Assembly: GCF_000020025.1 (NCBI RefSeq)
Contig: NC_010628.1
Coordinates: forward strand, 4,890,001-4,922,000
Origin: Nostoc punctiforme PCC 73102
GTDB lineage: Bacteria; Cyanobacteriota; Cyanobacteriia; Cyanobacteriales; Nostocaceae
Direction of reading: 5' to 3'
Length of the DNA: 32,000 nucleotides
Shown here in pieces: positions 9,770 through 19,716 of this stretch. Numbering within the stretch: position 1 is the stretch's first letter; every line of letters begins with the position of its first letter. The notes below the pieces were generated by a model that saw only the letters and a program-made list of their open reading frames with translations, did not search any database and was not told the origin of the DNA. The position numbers and the translations under genes are program-made.

Positions 9770-11848
9770 GTGGCACGCACGATCCCGCTAGAGAAAGTAC
9801 GCAACATTGGTATTGCGGCGCATATAGATGCGGGCAAAACAACAACAACAGAGAGAATATTATTTTACTCTGGGATAATTCATAAAATTGGCGAAGTTCA
9901 TGAAGGAACTGCCGTCACAGACTGGATGGAGCAGGAGCGGGAGCGGGGAATTACCATTACTGCTGCTGCTATTAGTACCAGTTGGAAAGATCATCAAATT
10001 AACATTATCGATACTCCGGGTCACGTAGACTTCACAATTGAAGTTGAGCGTTCCATGCGCGTGTTGGATGGTGTAATCGCAGTATTTTGTTCTGTGGGCG
10101 GCGTGCAACCGCAGTCTGAGACAGTGTGGCGGCAAGCAGAACGCTACAAAGTTCCTCGGATAGCCTTTATCAACAAGATGGATCGCACCGGAGCGAACTT
10201 TTATAAAGTTCACGAGCAAATCCGCGATCGCCTGCGGGCGAATGCGATCGCCATTCAACTACCCATTGGTAGTGAAAATGACTTCCAAGGTATCGTTGAC
10301 CTAGTACGGCAACGTGCGTACATTTACGCCAACGACCAAGGAACCGATATCCAGGAAACCGATATCCCGGAAGAATTGCAAGCGCAGGTAGACGAATTCC
10401 GCACTAAGCTCATAGAAGCTGCGGCAGAAACCGATGATGCTCTGATGGCTAAGTACTTCGAGGGCGAAGAACTTACAGAACAGGAAATTAGGACTGCTCT
10501 GCGTAAAGGCACAATTGCGGGGACAATTGTACCAGTACTTTGCGGTTCAGCATTCAAAAACAAAGGCGTGCAGTTGATGCTGGATGCCGTTGTAGATTAC
10601 CTGCCAGCGCCAAGTGAAGTACCGCCAATTCAAGGCTTACTTCCCAATGGCGATACTATTGAGCGACGGGCTGATGACAATGAACCCCTAGCAGCTCTGG
10701 CATTCAAGATTATGGCTGACCCTTACGGTCGCCTGACATTTGTTCGCGTTTATTCTGGTGTCCTGAAAAAGGGCAGCTACGTTCTCAACGCTAGTAAGAA
10801 TAAAAAAGAACGGATTTCCCGCTTAGTTCTCATGAAGGCAGACGATCGGCAAGATGTCGATGAACTGCGAGCAGGTGATTTGGGAGCAGCTCTGGGTTTG
10901 AAAGACACCTTAACAGGTGACACGCTCTGTGATGATGGATCGCCAGTAATTTTGGAATCCCTATTCATTCCTGAGCCTGTGATCTCGGTGGCGGTTGAAC
11001 CCAAAACCAAGAACGATATGGACAAGTTGTCCAAAGCTCTGCAATCTCTCTCAGAAGAAGACCCCACCTTCCGTGTCCGTGTCGATCCCGAAACAAACCA
11101 AACCGTGATTGCGGGGATGGGAGAGCTACACCTAGAAATTCTAGTAGACCGGATGTTACGAGAATTTAAAGTGGAAGCGAATGTAGGTGCGCCACAAGTA
11201 GCTTACCGAGAAACAATTCGGAAAGCTGTGAACAAAGTTGAGGGCAAATTCATCCGCCAAAGTGGTGGTAAAGGTCAATACGGTCACGTTGTGATCAATT
11301 TGGAGCCTGGAGAACCCGGTACTGGCTTTGAATTCGTTTCCAAAATTGCTGGCGGTACAGTACCTAAAGAGTACGTTGGCCCCGCAGAACAAGGGATGAA
11401 AGAAAGCTGCGAATCTGGTGTTCTAGCTGGATACCCGTTGATTGACGTTAAAGCGACACTAATTGATGGGTCATACCACGATGTAGACTCTTCAGAAATG
11501 GCTTTCAAAATCGCTGGCTCAATGGCGATGAAAGAGGCTGTGCTGAAAGCTTCACCTGTCATCTTAGAGCCTATGATGAAAGTTGAAGTTGAAGTTCCTG
11601 AAGACTATATGGGGAACGTCATTGGCGACCTCAACACCCGCCGAGGGCAGATTGAAAGCCAAAGCACCGAAAAGGGACTCGCTAAGGTAACATCCAAAGT
11701 TCCACTGGCGAGTATGTTTGGCTACGCCACTGATATCCGGTCAAAAACGCAAGGTCGGGGTACCTTCACGATGGAGTTCAGCCACTACGAAGAGGTGCCT
11801 CGCAGCGTAGCTGAAACTATCATTGCAAAAAGCAAAGGGAACGCTTAG
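9770..11848 (+). CDS. fusA: Translation elongation factor G
   Basis: GTG start preceded by aggagg. It carries the G motifs [17 protein letters not shown] and NKMD. The product is 692 aa and sits between rpsG and tuf. Confidence 0.98.
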   Translation: MARTIPLEKVRNIGIAAHIDAGKTTTTERILFYSGIIHKIGEVHEGTAVTDWMEQERERGITITAAAISTSWKDHQINIIDTPGHVDFTIEVERSMRVLDGVIAVFCSVGGVQPQSETVWRQAERYKVPRIAFINKMDRTGANFYKVHEQIRDRLRANAIAIQLPIGSENDFQGIVDLVRQRAYIYANDQGTDIQETDIPEELQAQVDEFRTKLIEAAAETDDALMAKYFEGEELTEQEIRTALRKGTIAGTIVPVLCGSAFKNKGVQLMLDAVVDYLPAPSEVPPIQGLLPNGDTIERRADDNEPLAALAFKIMADPYGRLTFVRVYSGVLKKGSYVLNASKNKKERISRLVLMKADDRQDVDELRAGDLGAALGLKDTLTGDTLCDDGSPVILESLFIPEPVISVAVEPKTKNDMDKLSKALQSLSEEDPTFRVRVDPETNQTVIAGMGELHLEILVDRMLREFKVEANVGAPQVAYRETIRKAVNKVEGKFIRQSGGKGQYGHVVINLEPGEPGTGFEFVSKIAGGTVPKEYVGPAEQGMKESCESGVLAGYPLIDVKATLIDGSYHDVDSSEMAFKIAGSMAMKEAVLKASPVILEPMMKVEVEVPEDYMGNVIGDLNTRRGQIESQSTEKGLAKVTSKVPLASMFGYATDIRSKTQGRGTFTMEFSHYEEVPRSVAETIIAKSKGNA

Positions 11849-11871
11849 TTAAAATAAGGAAATGAGCATTC

Positions 11872-13101
11872 ATGGCACGCGCAAAGTTTGAAAGAAATAA
11901 ACCCCACCTCAATATCGGTACTATTGGCCACGTTGACCACGGTAAAACCACGTTAACAGCAGCCATCACTATGACCTTGGCAGCTCTTGGTCAAGCTACA
12001 GCTAAAGGCTACGACCAAATCGATAACGCGCCAGAAGAAAAAGCACGGGGTATTACCATCAATACCGCTCACGTTGAGTATGAAACCGAAAATCGGCACT
12101 ATGCTCACGTAGACTGTCCAGGCCACGCTGACTATGTGAAGAACATGATCACTGGTGCTGCTCAGATGGATGGAGGTATCCTCGTAGTAGCTGCTACTGA
12201 TGGCCCTATGCCCCAAACCCGCGAACATATTCTGTTAGCAAAACAGGTGGGCGTTCCTAGTCTGGTTGTATTCTTGAACAAAGAAGACTTGATGGATGAC
12301 CCAGAACTCTTGGAACTAGTAGAACTAGAACTCAGAGAACTGTTAAGTAGCTATGACTTCCCTGGCGATGATATCCCTATTATTAAAGGCTCTGGTCTGC
12401 AAGCTCTCGAAGCAATGACCAAGAATCCTAAGACCAAAAAAGGTGAAAATCCTTGGGTAGATAAAATCTACGAATTGATGGATGCTGTGGATTCCTTTAT
12501 CCCCACTCCTGAGCGGGATGTAGATAAGCCCTTCTTGATGGCAGTAGAAGACGTGTTCACCATCACAGGTCGTGGTACTGTGGCTACTGGACGGATTGAA
12601 CGCGGGAAAGTTAAGGTTGGCGATACAGTCGAGCTAATTGGCCTGAAAGACACTCGTACTACCGCCGTCACCGGGATTGAGATGTTCAAGAAGAGCCTCG
12701 AAGAAGGTCTGGCTGGAGATAACGCGGGTGTACTACTGCGTGGTCTCAAAAAAGAAGATATCGAGCGCGGTATGGTAATAGCCAAACCAGGTTCAATTAC
12801 ACCTCACACTCAATTTGAAGGGGAAGTATACGTCCTAACAGAAAAAGAAGGTGGTCGTAAGACTCCATTTTTCGCTGGCTACCGTCCCCAGTTCTATGTA
12901 CGGACAACCGATGTAACTGGTACTATCAAAGCCTACACCTCCGATGAAGGCAAAGAAGTAGAAATGGTGATGCCAGGCGATCGCATCAAGATGACAGTAG
13001 AATTGATCAACGCGATCGCTATTGAACAAGGAATGCGTTTCGCTATCCGTGAAGGTGGACGTACCATCGGTGCTGGTGTCGTCTCCAAAATTATCAAATA
13101 G
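11872..13101 (+). CDS. tuf: Translation elongation factor Tu
   Basis: [33 protein letters not shown]... with DCPGHADY and NKED motifs. The product is 409 aa and starts 23 nt after the fusA stop. Confidence 0.98.
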   Translation: MARAKFERNKPHLNIGTIGHVDHGKTTLTAAITMTLAALGQATAKGYDQIDNAPEEKARGITINTAHVEYETENRHYAHVDCPGHADYVKNMITGAAQMDGGILVVAATDGPMPQTREHILLAKQVGVPSLVVFLNKEDLMDDPELLELVELELRELLSSYDFPGDDIPIIKGSGLQALEAMTKNPKTKKGENPWVDKIYELMDAVDSFIPTPERDVDKPFLMAVEDVFTITGRGTVATGRIERGKVKVGDTVELIGLKDTRTTAVTGIEMFKKSLEEGLAGDNAGVLLRGLKKEDIERGMVIAKPGSITPHTQFEGEVYVLTEKEGGRKTPFFAGYRPQFYVRTTDVTGTIKAYTSDEGKEVEMVMPGDRIKMTVELINAIAIEQGMRFAIREGGRTIGAGVVSKIIK

Positions 13102-13120
13102 CACCTTTTCGCTCATAACA

Positions 13121-13156
13121 AAGGAGCAGAGATGGTATAATTCCTCTCTGCTCCTT
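13121..13156 (+). promoter_or_regulatory. Strong hairpin in the tuf-rpsJ spacer (possible partial terminator or processing site)
   Basis: A perfect 11-bp stem pairs aaggagcagag (13121-13131) with ctctgctcctt (13146-13156) around a 14-nt loop. The tail (tctcttccc) is not a clean U-run. Confidence 0.4.
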
Positions 13157-13280
13157 TCTCTTCCCTCTATAAATAAGGTAATAGGTTACAGGGGACAGGT
13201 AATAGTTTTCTGCAACCTTTACCCTGTAACCTTTAACTTGTAAATAATCCCCTAATTACGCAGAACCTGGAAAATTAAAG

Positions 13281-13598
13281 ATGGCAACTCTACAGCAGCA
13301 AAAGATTAGAATTCGCTTACAAGCCTTTGACAGGCGCTTATTAGATACATCTTGCGAGAAGATTGTAGACACAGCTAACCGCACCAACGCTACAGCCATA
13401 GGCCCAATTCCTTTACCTACAAAACGCCGGATCTATTGTGTGCTGCGATCGCCTCACGTAGATAAAGATTCACGGGAACACTTTGAAACCCGTACCCATC
13501 GCCGGATTATTGACATTTACCAGCCTTCTTCTAAAACTATTGATGCTCTGATGAAATTGGATCTACCATCGGGTGTAGATATTGAAGTCAAACTTTAA
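13281..13598 (+). CDS. rpsJ: 30S ribosomal protein S10
   Basis: [80 protein letters not shown] is an S10 sequence. Its position after tuf matches cyanobacterial str operons. Confidence 0.97.
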   Translation: MATLQQQKIRIRLQAFDRRLLDTSCEKIVDTANRTNATAIGPIPLPTKRRIYCVLRSPHVDKDSREHFETRTHRRIIDIYQPSSKTIDALMKLDLPSGVDIEVKL

Positions 13599-13600
13599 TT

Positions 13601-13651
13601 TAGTCATTAGTCATTGATTATTTGTCATTAGCAAAGGACAAATGACATTAG
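13601..13651. repeat. Small dispersed repeat (heptamer-containing), intergenic copy
   Basis: tagtcattagtcattgattatttgtcattagcaaaggacaaatgacattag begins 2 nt after the rpsJ stop. It belongs to the same family as 2581-2644 and contains an internal tgtcatt/aatgaca inverted repeat. Confidence 0.75.
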
Positions 13652-13667
13652 TATGAATATTTACACA

Positions 13668-13700
13668 GCCCTGAAGAAATATATCTCAGGGCTTTTATTT
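13668..13700 (+). terminator. Rho-independent terminator ending the str operon
   Basis: A stem pairs gccctga (13668-13674) with tcagggc (13686-13692) around an 11-nt loop, followed immediately by ttttattt (13693-13700). Confidence 0.7.
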
Positions 13701-13789
13701 AGCTAGGAAACAAATGATAGAATATAGACAAAATACGGGAAAAGCAGAGAAAAAGAAATTTTAAAGATTAAGTTTATACTAAGGTAACA

Positions 13790-14437
13790 ATGACATCATC
13801 TTCTAAAATTGCAGTTCGTGAACTACCTCTGTTCCCGTTACCCGAAGTAGTTCTGTTTCCTACTAGACCATTACCTTTACACATATTTGAATTTCGCTAC
13901 CGAATCATGATGAACACGATTTTGGAGAGCGATCGCAGGTTCGGTGTTTTGATGTTCGATCCAGTCAAAGGTACAATTGCAAACACTGGTTGCTGTGCAG
14001 AAATCGTTCATCACCAACGCCTGCCAGATGATCGAATCAAGATGTTGACATTAGGACAGCAAAGATTTCGTGTATTAGAGTATGTTCGTGAAAAGCCATA
14101 CCGCGTTGGCTTAGTTGAGTGGATTGAAGACCAACCACCAACTAAAGATTTGCATCCTTTGTCTTTTGAGGTAGAACAACTACTGCGAGATGTTGTGCGT
14201 CTATCCGGTAAATTAACCGAACAAAATATCGAATTGCCAGAAGATTTGCCCGATCTACCAACAGAACTATCTTATTGGGTAGCCAGTAATCTTTACGGTG
14301 TCGCAGCAGAGCAACAGTTATTACTAGAAATGCAAGATACTGCAACTCGTCTAGAGCGAGAAGCAGAAATTTTAACTTCTACTCGTAATCACTTGGCAGC
14401 TCGTGCTGTTCTCAAAGACACGTTTAATGAAAAGTAA
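13790..14437 (+). CDS. LON N-terminal (substrate-binding) domain-containing protein
   Basis: ELPLFPLPEVVLFPTRPLPLHIFEFRYRIMMNTILESDRRFGVLMFDP matches the LON N-domain pattern (LPLFPL..VLFP...LPL.IFE.RY). At 215 aa it has no ATPase or protease domains. Confidence 0.75.
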   Translation: MTSSSKIAVRELPLFPLPEVVLFPTRPLPLHIFEFRYRIMMNTILESDRRFGVLMFDPVKGTIANTGCCAEIVHHQRLPDDRIKMLTLGQQRFRVLEYVREKPYRVGLVEWIEDQPPTKDLHPLSFEVEQLLRDVVRLSGKLTEQNIELPEDLPDLPTELSYWVASNLYGVAAEQQLLLEMQDTATRLEREAEILTSTRNHLAARAVLKDTFNEK

Positions 14438-14462
14438 GGAGTGAGGAGTTTAGGAGTTAGGA
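14438..14462 (+). repeat. Heptamer-like array (GGAGTGA GGAGTTT AGGAGTT AGG) with an inverted partner at 14506-14526
   Basis: The array starts at the base after the TAA stop (14435-14437). ttaggagttagg is complementary to cctaac...actcctaa at 14506-14526, which is followed by tttt. It lies between convergent genes. Confidence 0.6.
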
Positions 14463-14529
14463 AAAATAAGCAAAAATGCAAAAACAACAACTTAGAATTT
14501 ATATTCCCTAACTGATAACTCCTAACTTT

Positions 14530-15405
14530 TCAAGTAAAAGCGCCGATCGGCAAAACATTGTAAGCGCCAAGAATTTTTAAAATCTCTGTGTGGATAGTTA
14601 ATTCTGCTAAAGCAGATTGCATTTGTGATTCCTTGACATCTGCTTCTAAATCCATGAAAAACAAATATTCGCCTAGCGATCGCTTCGTCGGACGAGATTC
14701 AATCCGGCTGAGGTTAATTCCTAGTTGAGCAAAGATTTGCAAAGGTTTGACTAATGCTCCGGGTGTGTTAGCAGGCATACTAAAAGCTAGCGATGTGTGA
14801 CTGGTAGGCACTTTTGATGTCTGGTATCCAGCATCTGCTTCACCCTGACTTACTACCCAAAAACGAGTACAGTTTTCTGGATAGTCGTTAATACCAGTGG
14901 CAAGTATCGGCAGGTTGTAGAGTTGAGCTGCTCTACTAGAAGCGATCGCTGCTGTTGTTGTTTCTTGCTCCAATCGCTGTAGTGCTTCGGTTGTAGAATT
15001 GCTGGGAACAATCTGTACAGTCGGAAGAAATCGCTCTAACCATCCCTGACATTGTGCCAAAGCTTGCGGGTGAGAATAAACAGTTTCAATCTTATCTAAA
15101 CCAGAGGCGCAGGAAATTAAGGTATGGACAATGGGTAATACCAAAGCCAACTGAATTCGCAAACTATCTAACTGCCAGAGTGCATCCAGTGTTGTGGTAA
15201 CACTCCCTTCAATAGAATTTTCCACTGGCACAACAGCCAGGTGAGCTTGACCATCAGCAACGGCGTGCAGTGACTGTGAGATAGTGGGATAGGGAGATAA
15301 CGTAGCTTCATCTCCCGTACTTTTAGTCAACCAGTTGACATAAAGAACAGCTGCCTGTTCTGCGTAAGTGCCGGGAGGTCCTAAATGTGCGATCGATAGA
15401 GTCAT
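14530..15405 (-). CDS. pheA: Prephenate dehydratase
   Basis: The N-terminus is IAHLGPPGTYAEQAA. It carries the TRF motif (ENCTRFWVV) and the ACT-domain motif SRIESRPTK...YLFFMDLE. The product is 291 aa. Confidence 0.9.
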   Translation of the reverse strand: MTLSIAHLGPPGTYAEQAAVLYVNWLTKSTGDEATLSPYPTISQSLHAVADGQAHLAVVPVENSIEGSVTTTLDALWQLDSLRIQLALVLPIVHTLISCASGLDKIETVYSHPQALAQCQGWLERFLPTVQIVPSNSTTEALQRLEQETTTAAIASSRAAQLYNLPILATGINDYPENCTRFWVVSQGEADAGYQTSKVPTSHTSLAFSMPANTPGALVKPLQIFAQLGINLSRIESRPTKRSLGEYLFFMDLEADVKESQMQSALAELTIHTEILKILGAYNVLPIGAFT

Positions 15406-15704
15406 GCCTTTAGCCTTGAGTTGTAAGTTTAATGTGTAAACGGAGATTATGATATTTTGGCTTTGACAAATATATTCAATATTTACTATTAGTAAAAACT
15501 GTAATCTCTAAAATTTACCCACTAAACGAATAGACCGAAATCTTTATCTAGGAAAACAAATTATGAAAGCTAGCCTTCTACCAGATAGATTTTCTAGCAG
15601 TTTTTTTGCTAAATTGCTCTGAAATCTTCAGAGTGATTATGTTAGTTTTTCACCAAATAAAAATTCATATTCTTTACTTAGTGTCAAGAGTTAAATCCTA
15701 ATCT

Positions 15705-15870
15705 TAGCCCTTTCAAGGTAACTCGAAAAATCTCTTATTTTTTCTCAACACTCTCTGTGCCTCTGCGGTTAAAAAGTATTTTTTGTAACCACAGAGACGC
15801 AGAGGACACAGAGTCTAGAAATGAAAGAGAAATTTATTGACCAAAATTTTTAGCCACCTTGAAAGGGCTA
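15705..15870. mobile_element. 166-bp MITE-like foldback element with 15-bp perfect terminal inverted repeats and a 10-bp flanking direct duplication
   Basis: The TIRs are TAGCCCTTTCAAGGT (15705-15719) and ACCTTGAAAGGGCTA (15856-15870). The identical flanks ATCCTAATCT lie at 15695-15704 and 15871-15880. An internal inverted repeat pairs ctctctgtgcctctgcggtt (15751-15770) with aaccacagagacgcagaggacacagag (15787-15813). No coding capacity. Confidence 0.8.
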
Positions 15871-16031
15871 ATCCTAATCTATATTTCTTGAACTAAAGAT
15901 AGTAATGAGCGTACCAAATTTTTGCTAATGCTGTATAGCTGATAAGCAACGATAATTTTGTACTTTTCTAATAATCAAATTTAAGTTGTTAAAAAATATT
16001 AAAATTAAGAGACAGATATTTTTATCCGCTC

Positions 16032-16619
16032 ATGGCTACCCGGTTTACTGCCTCGCAATCGGTTGAAATCGCTGTTCCAGAGCAGCCTATTCACATTCAG
16101 CACTACTTGCGTCAGCCTCAACGTCTGGTTAAGGCTTTGGCTGACAACACCCGAACTCAGCAGCTTTCTGAGGAAGTATTTCGCTTGAAAATGCGTCCGC
16201 TCAGTTTTATGTCATTAAGCATTCAACCGACTGTAGACATGAGAGTTTGGGCAGAATCAAATGGAATAATTTATTTGCGATCGCTAGGCTGTGAAATCCT
16301 GGGTTTCGAGTATATTAACCAGCGCTTTGCCCTTAATTTAAAAGGGCATTTGTCTCCCAAAGAGTTTAGCACTGGCACTCGTCTGCAAGGAAGGGCTGAT
16401 TTAGAAGTGCTGGTGGATTTACCACCGCCATTTTCCTTTACTCCTAAGCCAATTTTAGAAGCTACTGGTAATGGTTTGCTCAAAAGCGTGCTGCTGTCGG
16501 TTAAGCAACGGTTATTAAATCAACTTTTGGCTGATTATCGCTACTGGGTGATATCACAAACTAAAGATAGAGAACTTGACAGTGATAGTACCGAATTACC
16601 AATCTTGAATGCTGAGTAA
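16032..16619 (+). CDS. Conserved cyanobacterial hypothetical protein (DUF1997-like)
   Basis: 195-aa ORF with an ATG start. The family assignment comes from memory of the general sequence pattern only and was not verified. Confidence 0.55.
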   Translation: MATRFTASQSVEIAVPEQPIHIQHYLRQPQRLVKALADNTRTQQLSEEVFRLKMRPLSFMSLSIQPTVDMRVWAESNGIIYLRSLGCEILGFEYINQRFALNLKGHLSPKEFSTGTRLQGRADLEVLVDLPPPFSFTPKPILEATGNGLLKSVLLSVKQRLLNQLLADYRYWVISQTKDRELDSDSTELPILNAE

Positions 16620-16641
16620 TCATTTAATCACTCAGCATTCA
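16606..16641. terminator. Bidirectional hairpin shared by the 3' ends of two convergent genes
   Basis: A perfect 12-bp stem pairs tgaatgctgagt (16606-16617) with actcagcattca (16630-16641) around a 12-nt loop. The stops of both genes (TAA 16617-16619 on +, TGA at 16630-16628 on -) lie in or next to the loop. Confidence 0.55.
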
Positions 16642-17284
16642 GTACTTTGATTTGGCAAGGACGAAAAGACTGACGGTGTAGGGGCGATGGCCCGTATTGT
16701 TGCAGAGCTAGCAAATGACGTTGGCTACCATAGCCCTTGTTACGCTCTAGGTTGTACATTGGGTATTTCAATGCTAGACGCAGTACCAAATCATCACGCC
16801 AAACCTTGGCAACAATACTAGCAGAGGCAATAGCGAGCGATCGCTCATCTCCCTTAATTATTGTTTGTTGTGGCAATAGCAAGTCTTTGATTGACTGATT
16901 GCCATCAACCAAGCATATTGCGGGCTGTACCTTTAACTTCAGTACAGCCCGCTTCATTGCTAATAGTGTCGCTTGCAAAATATTTATCTTGTCAATTTCG
17001 GCAGTAGAAGCAAACCCAATTTTCCAGTCTATAGCCAGCGCACAAATTTGCTGCGCTAGCTGAGTTCTCCGAGAACTAGACAACTTTTTACTGTCTTTAA
17101 TTTTAGCTGCTATCAGTATTGGCAAAGCATGATCTGGTAGGATCACTGCTGCCGCCACCACCGGGCCAAATAGAGCGCCTCGCCCTACTTCATCCACACC
17201 TGCAACCAATCCTGGAATCCCTGACAAGGTAGAAAACTCCAGCCAATTGGATTGTTCCAAGGGCGTTAGTGATGTTTCTACCAT
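16628..17284 (-). CDS. rnhB: Ribonuclease HII
   Basis: It carries the catalytic motif VAGVDEVGRGALFGPVVAAAV. The product is 218 aa. The ATG lies 8 nt after the rne stop, matching the rne-rnhB arrangement known in cyanobacteria. Confidence 0.9.
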   Translation of the reverse strand: MVETSLTPLEQSNWLEFSTLSGIPGLVAGVDEVGRGALFGPVVAAAVILPDHALPILIAAKIKDSKKLSSSRRTQLAQQICALAIDWKIGFASTAEIDKINILQATLLAMKRAVLKLKVQPAICLVDGNQSIKDLLLPQQTIIKGDERSLAIASASIVAKVWRDDLVLRLALKYPMYNLERNKGYGSQRHLLALQQYGPSPLHRQSFRPCQIKVLNAE

Positions 17285-17292
17285 AAAGCAAA

Positions 17293-19452
17293 TTAATTAT
17301 CCTCAATCGCTGAGGAACGACGGCGGCGACGGCGGCTAGCAGTGGCGGTGCTGTTTGCATCACTTTCATCTGCGATTGCATTGGCGGCGCTGCTTGAATC
17401 ACTTTCATCTGCGATCGCTTTGACGGAGGCTTTTGCAGACAAGCTTTCCGAAGGATTGACAGTCAACTCAGATGGTTCAGCTGTCTCTTCTATCAAAGAT
17501 TTTTGTTCTGGCTCAATAACTTTTGGTATTGGTGACTTGGTTGCAACTACTTCCGGTATTACTTTTTGGGCAATAGGTGATTCTGAGATGGATTCAGTTG
17601 GAGTCGTTCGCACTTGACCAGGCTGAATCACGTTAATAATCACAGATTTGGTATTTTTAACCTCTTGCTCTAACTTCACCAAGGGAGATATTCCCATCAA
17701 GGCAAACATATCTTGTTCCTGGAGACTCATTTCTACAGTTCTAATCTCCGGTGGTTCTACCACTGGTTTAACTGGTTCTGGCTTGATAACTTTAGCACGC
17801 TCTACAGTGCGCTCTACTCTTTCATTCCAACCTGGTTTACCAAGGGTGGGTGAGGGAATTTCTGGTGTAACTCCTAATTCTGGTTCTATATCAAGGTCTA
17901 AATCTGGCTCGTTGGCAAAAGCTAATGGATTGGCAATAACCCGAGATTCATCTTTCCCATTTAACCCATTGATGCCAATTCGACTACGGCGAGTACGGGT
18001 ACGACGCTTATTATCATTAAGTTCTTGATAACTAGGATGATTAATCAGATTTAGGTTAGTCGATTCCGAGTCGCCGTCAAATGCTTCCCCAAACCCATCA
18101 TAAGTTTCTCGTGGTTCCGGGACGCGGGCAGATGGCTGACGTGGTTCTCGGTGAGGTAGAGATACAAAACGCTCACGCTCTGGTGTTTCTGCTGGTATTG
18201 GTAATCGATTTTCAAGTTCTCCAGGCAGACGCACAGTATGCCCTAAACCGCCACAGGTAGGACAAGTTTCACCAAACAATTCGTAAATATTTTGACCCTG
18301 GCGTTTGCGGGTCAATTCTACTAAACCCAGTTCCGTAAGTTGAGCAATCTGGGGACGAGCTTTGTCTGCTTTGAGTCCTTTATTAAAGTGTTCGAGAACT
18401 TGCAGTTGGTCACGTCGGGATTCCATATCAATGAAATCAACGACAATCACTCCGGCAATATTCCGCAGACGCAACTGGCGAGCAATTTCTGTTGCAGCTT
18501 CACAGTTTGTCCATAAAACTGTTTCTCTGGCTGTCGCCGATCGCGTGAAGGAACCTGAGTTAACATCGATTACGGTTAACGCCTCCGTTGGCTCAATGAT
18601 AATGTAACCTCCAGAAGGTAGGTCTACTCTCGGTTTTAGGGCTTCTCGAATGGCAGCACTGATGCGGAAGTACTCTAAAATTGGGGAGCGATCGCGGTGA
18701 TGGTCAATCAACAATCCTTGCGGTGTTTGACCGCCACTCCAATTCTGCAAGTACTGCTTCACGCGCTTCAAACCAGTACTGGAATCTACGACAATCCGAT
18801 TGACATCCGCGCCGTACATATCCCGCAATACGCGCTGGATAAAGTCATCGTCTCGGTTGAGCAGTGCTGGGGCACGGGTAGAATGCGCTTCCTGCTGAAT
18901 CGCCTCCCATTGCTTTTGCAGCAACTCCAAATCTTCCATAATCGCTTCTTCTGGTTTGCCTTCGGCTTCTGTACGCACGAGCAAACCCATTCCCGCCGGT
19001 TTGACCAAAATCGCTAGTGCCCGTAAGCGGTTGCGCTCACTTTCACTTTTAATTCGTCGGGATAAATTTACGCCCCTACCATAAGGCATTAGTACTACGT
19101 AGCGTCCAGGTAAAGTGATGTTACCCGTGAGCCTGGGCCCTTTTGTTCCCGTTGGCTCTTTCATAACTTGCACCAAAACTTTCTGCTGTGGTGCTAATAG
19201 TTCTGTAATGGCTGCTGCGGTACGCTTGAGTTTCAATGGGCCCAAGTCGGTGACATGAATAAAACCGTTGCGCTCTGGGTCGCCAATATTCACAAAAGCC
19301 GCATCTATCCCAGGCAATACGTTTTCTACTACTCCTAAGTAGATATCACCTATTTGATGATGACCGGTAGCAACAACAAGTTCCTGTATTTGATCTTCGG
19401 AAAAGACAGCAGCAATTTGGTGCTGCTCCGCGATGATAATTTGTTTTGGCAT
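17293..19452 (-). CDS. rne: Ribonuclease E (compact cyanobacterial type)
   Basis: An N-terminal S1 domain (IGDIYLGVVENVLPGIDAAFVNIG) is followed by the catalytic core (IIIEPTEALTVIDVNSG, VVDFIDM) and a Zn-link-like CPTCGGLGH. The C-terminal half is disordered and ends in the Arg-rich RRRRRRSSA motif described for cyanobacterial RNase E. 719 aa. Confidence 0.92.
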   Translation of the reverse strand: MPKQIIIAEQHQIAAVFSEDQIQELVVATGHHQIGDIYLGVVENVLPGIDAAFVNIGDPERNGFIHVTDLGPLKLKRTAAAITELLAPQQKVLVQVMKEPTGTKGPRLTGNITLPGRYVVLMPYGRGVNLSRRIKSESERNRLRALAILVKPAGMGLLVRTEAEGKPEEAIMEDLELLQKQWEAIQQEAHSTRAPALLNRDDDFIQRVLRDMYGADVNRIVVDSSTGLKRVKQYLQNWSGGQTPQGLLIDHHRDRSPILEYFRISAAIREALKPRVDLPSGGYIIIEPTEALTVIDVNSGSFTRSATARETVLWTNCEAATEIARQLRLRNIAGVIVVDFIDMESRRDQLQVLEHFNKGLKADKARPQIAQLTELGLVELTRKRQGQNIYELFGETCPTCGGLGHTVRLPGELENRLPIPAETPERERFVSLPHREPRQPSARVPEPRETYDGFGEAFDGDSESTNLNLINHPSYQELNDNKRRTRTRRSRIGINGLNGKDESRVIANPLAFANEPDLDLDIEPELGVTPEIPSPTLGKPGWNERVERTVERAKVIKPEPVKPVVEPPEIRTVEMSLQEQDMFALMGISPLVKLEQEVKNTKSVIINVIQPGQVRTTPTESISESPIAQKVIPEVVATKSPIPKVIEPEQKSLIEETAEPSELTVNPSESLSAKASVKAIADESDSSSAANAIADESDANSTATASRRRRRRSSAIEDN

Positions 19453-19716
19453 TCAATTTCCTCAAAAATTGGCAGCACCAATAGGTCTGGAGGTTTGTTA
19501 TACCTTTGTTGCCCTTGCAACCCTCAAAAGGCGCTACTGATGATAAAAATCGCAAACCTGATGTTCTAAGTTAAATAGCTATTGGCGCTCTTAAGAGCGT
19601 TTTCACGGCGGATTATTCCAGAACGGCTGCATGTTTAAGCAATTAAATCAACCATCTATGGTTGATTTGCAATGCAATACTCTCAATGAAGAGAGTTCTG
19701 AGTTGAAAGTTATAAA

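Noticed and set aside
9415-13243. Antisense or out-of-frame ORFs within rpsG, fusA and tuf (e.g. 9860..10258 -, 10777..11067 -, 11284..11562 -, 12468..12785 -, 12835..13116 -, 13022..13243 +)
   Set aside because: They overlap unmistakable, highly conserved translation genes on the other strand or in another frame, and no independent evidence supports them.
15562-15621. A 19-codon ORF (MKASLLPDRFSSSFFAKLL) and the nearby 7-bp hairpin ctctgaa/ttcagag in the pheA upstream region
   Set aside because: It is too short, has no SD, and no conservation information is available, so it cannot be supported from the sequence alone.
17342-19017. + strand ORFs inside rne (17342..17617, 17648..18028, 18362..18607, 18697..19017) and the minus-strand ORF 17190..17408
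   Set aside because: They are antisense or out of frame relative to the well-supported rne and rnhB genes and have low-complexity translations.
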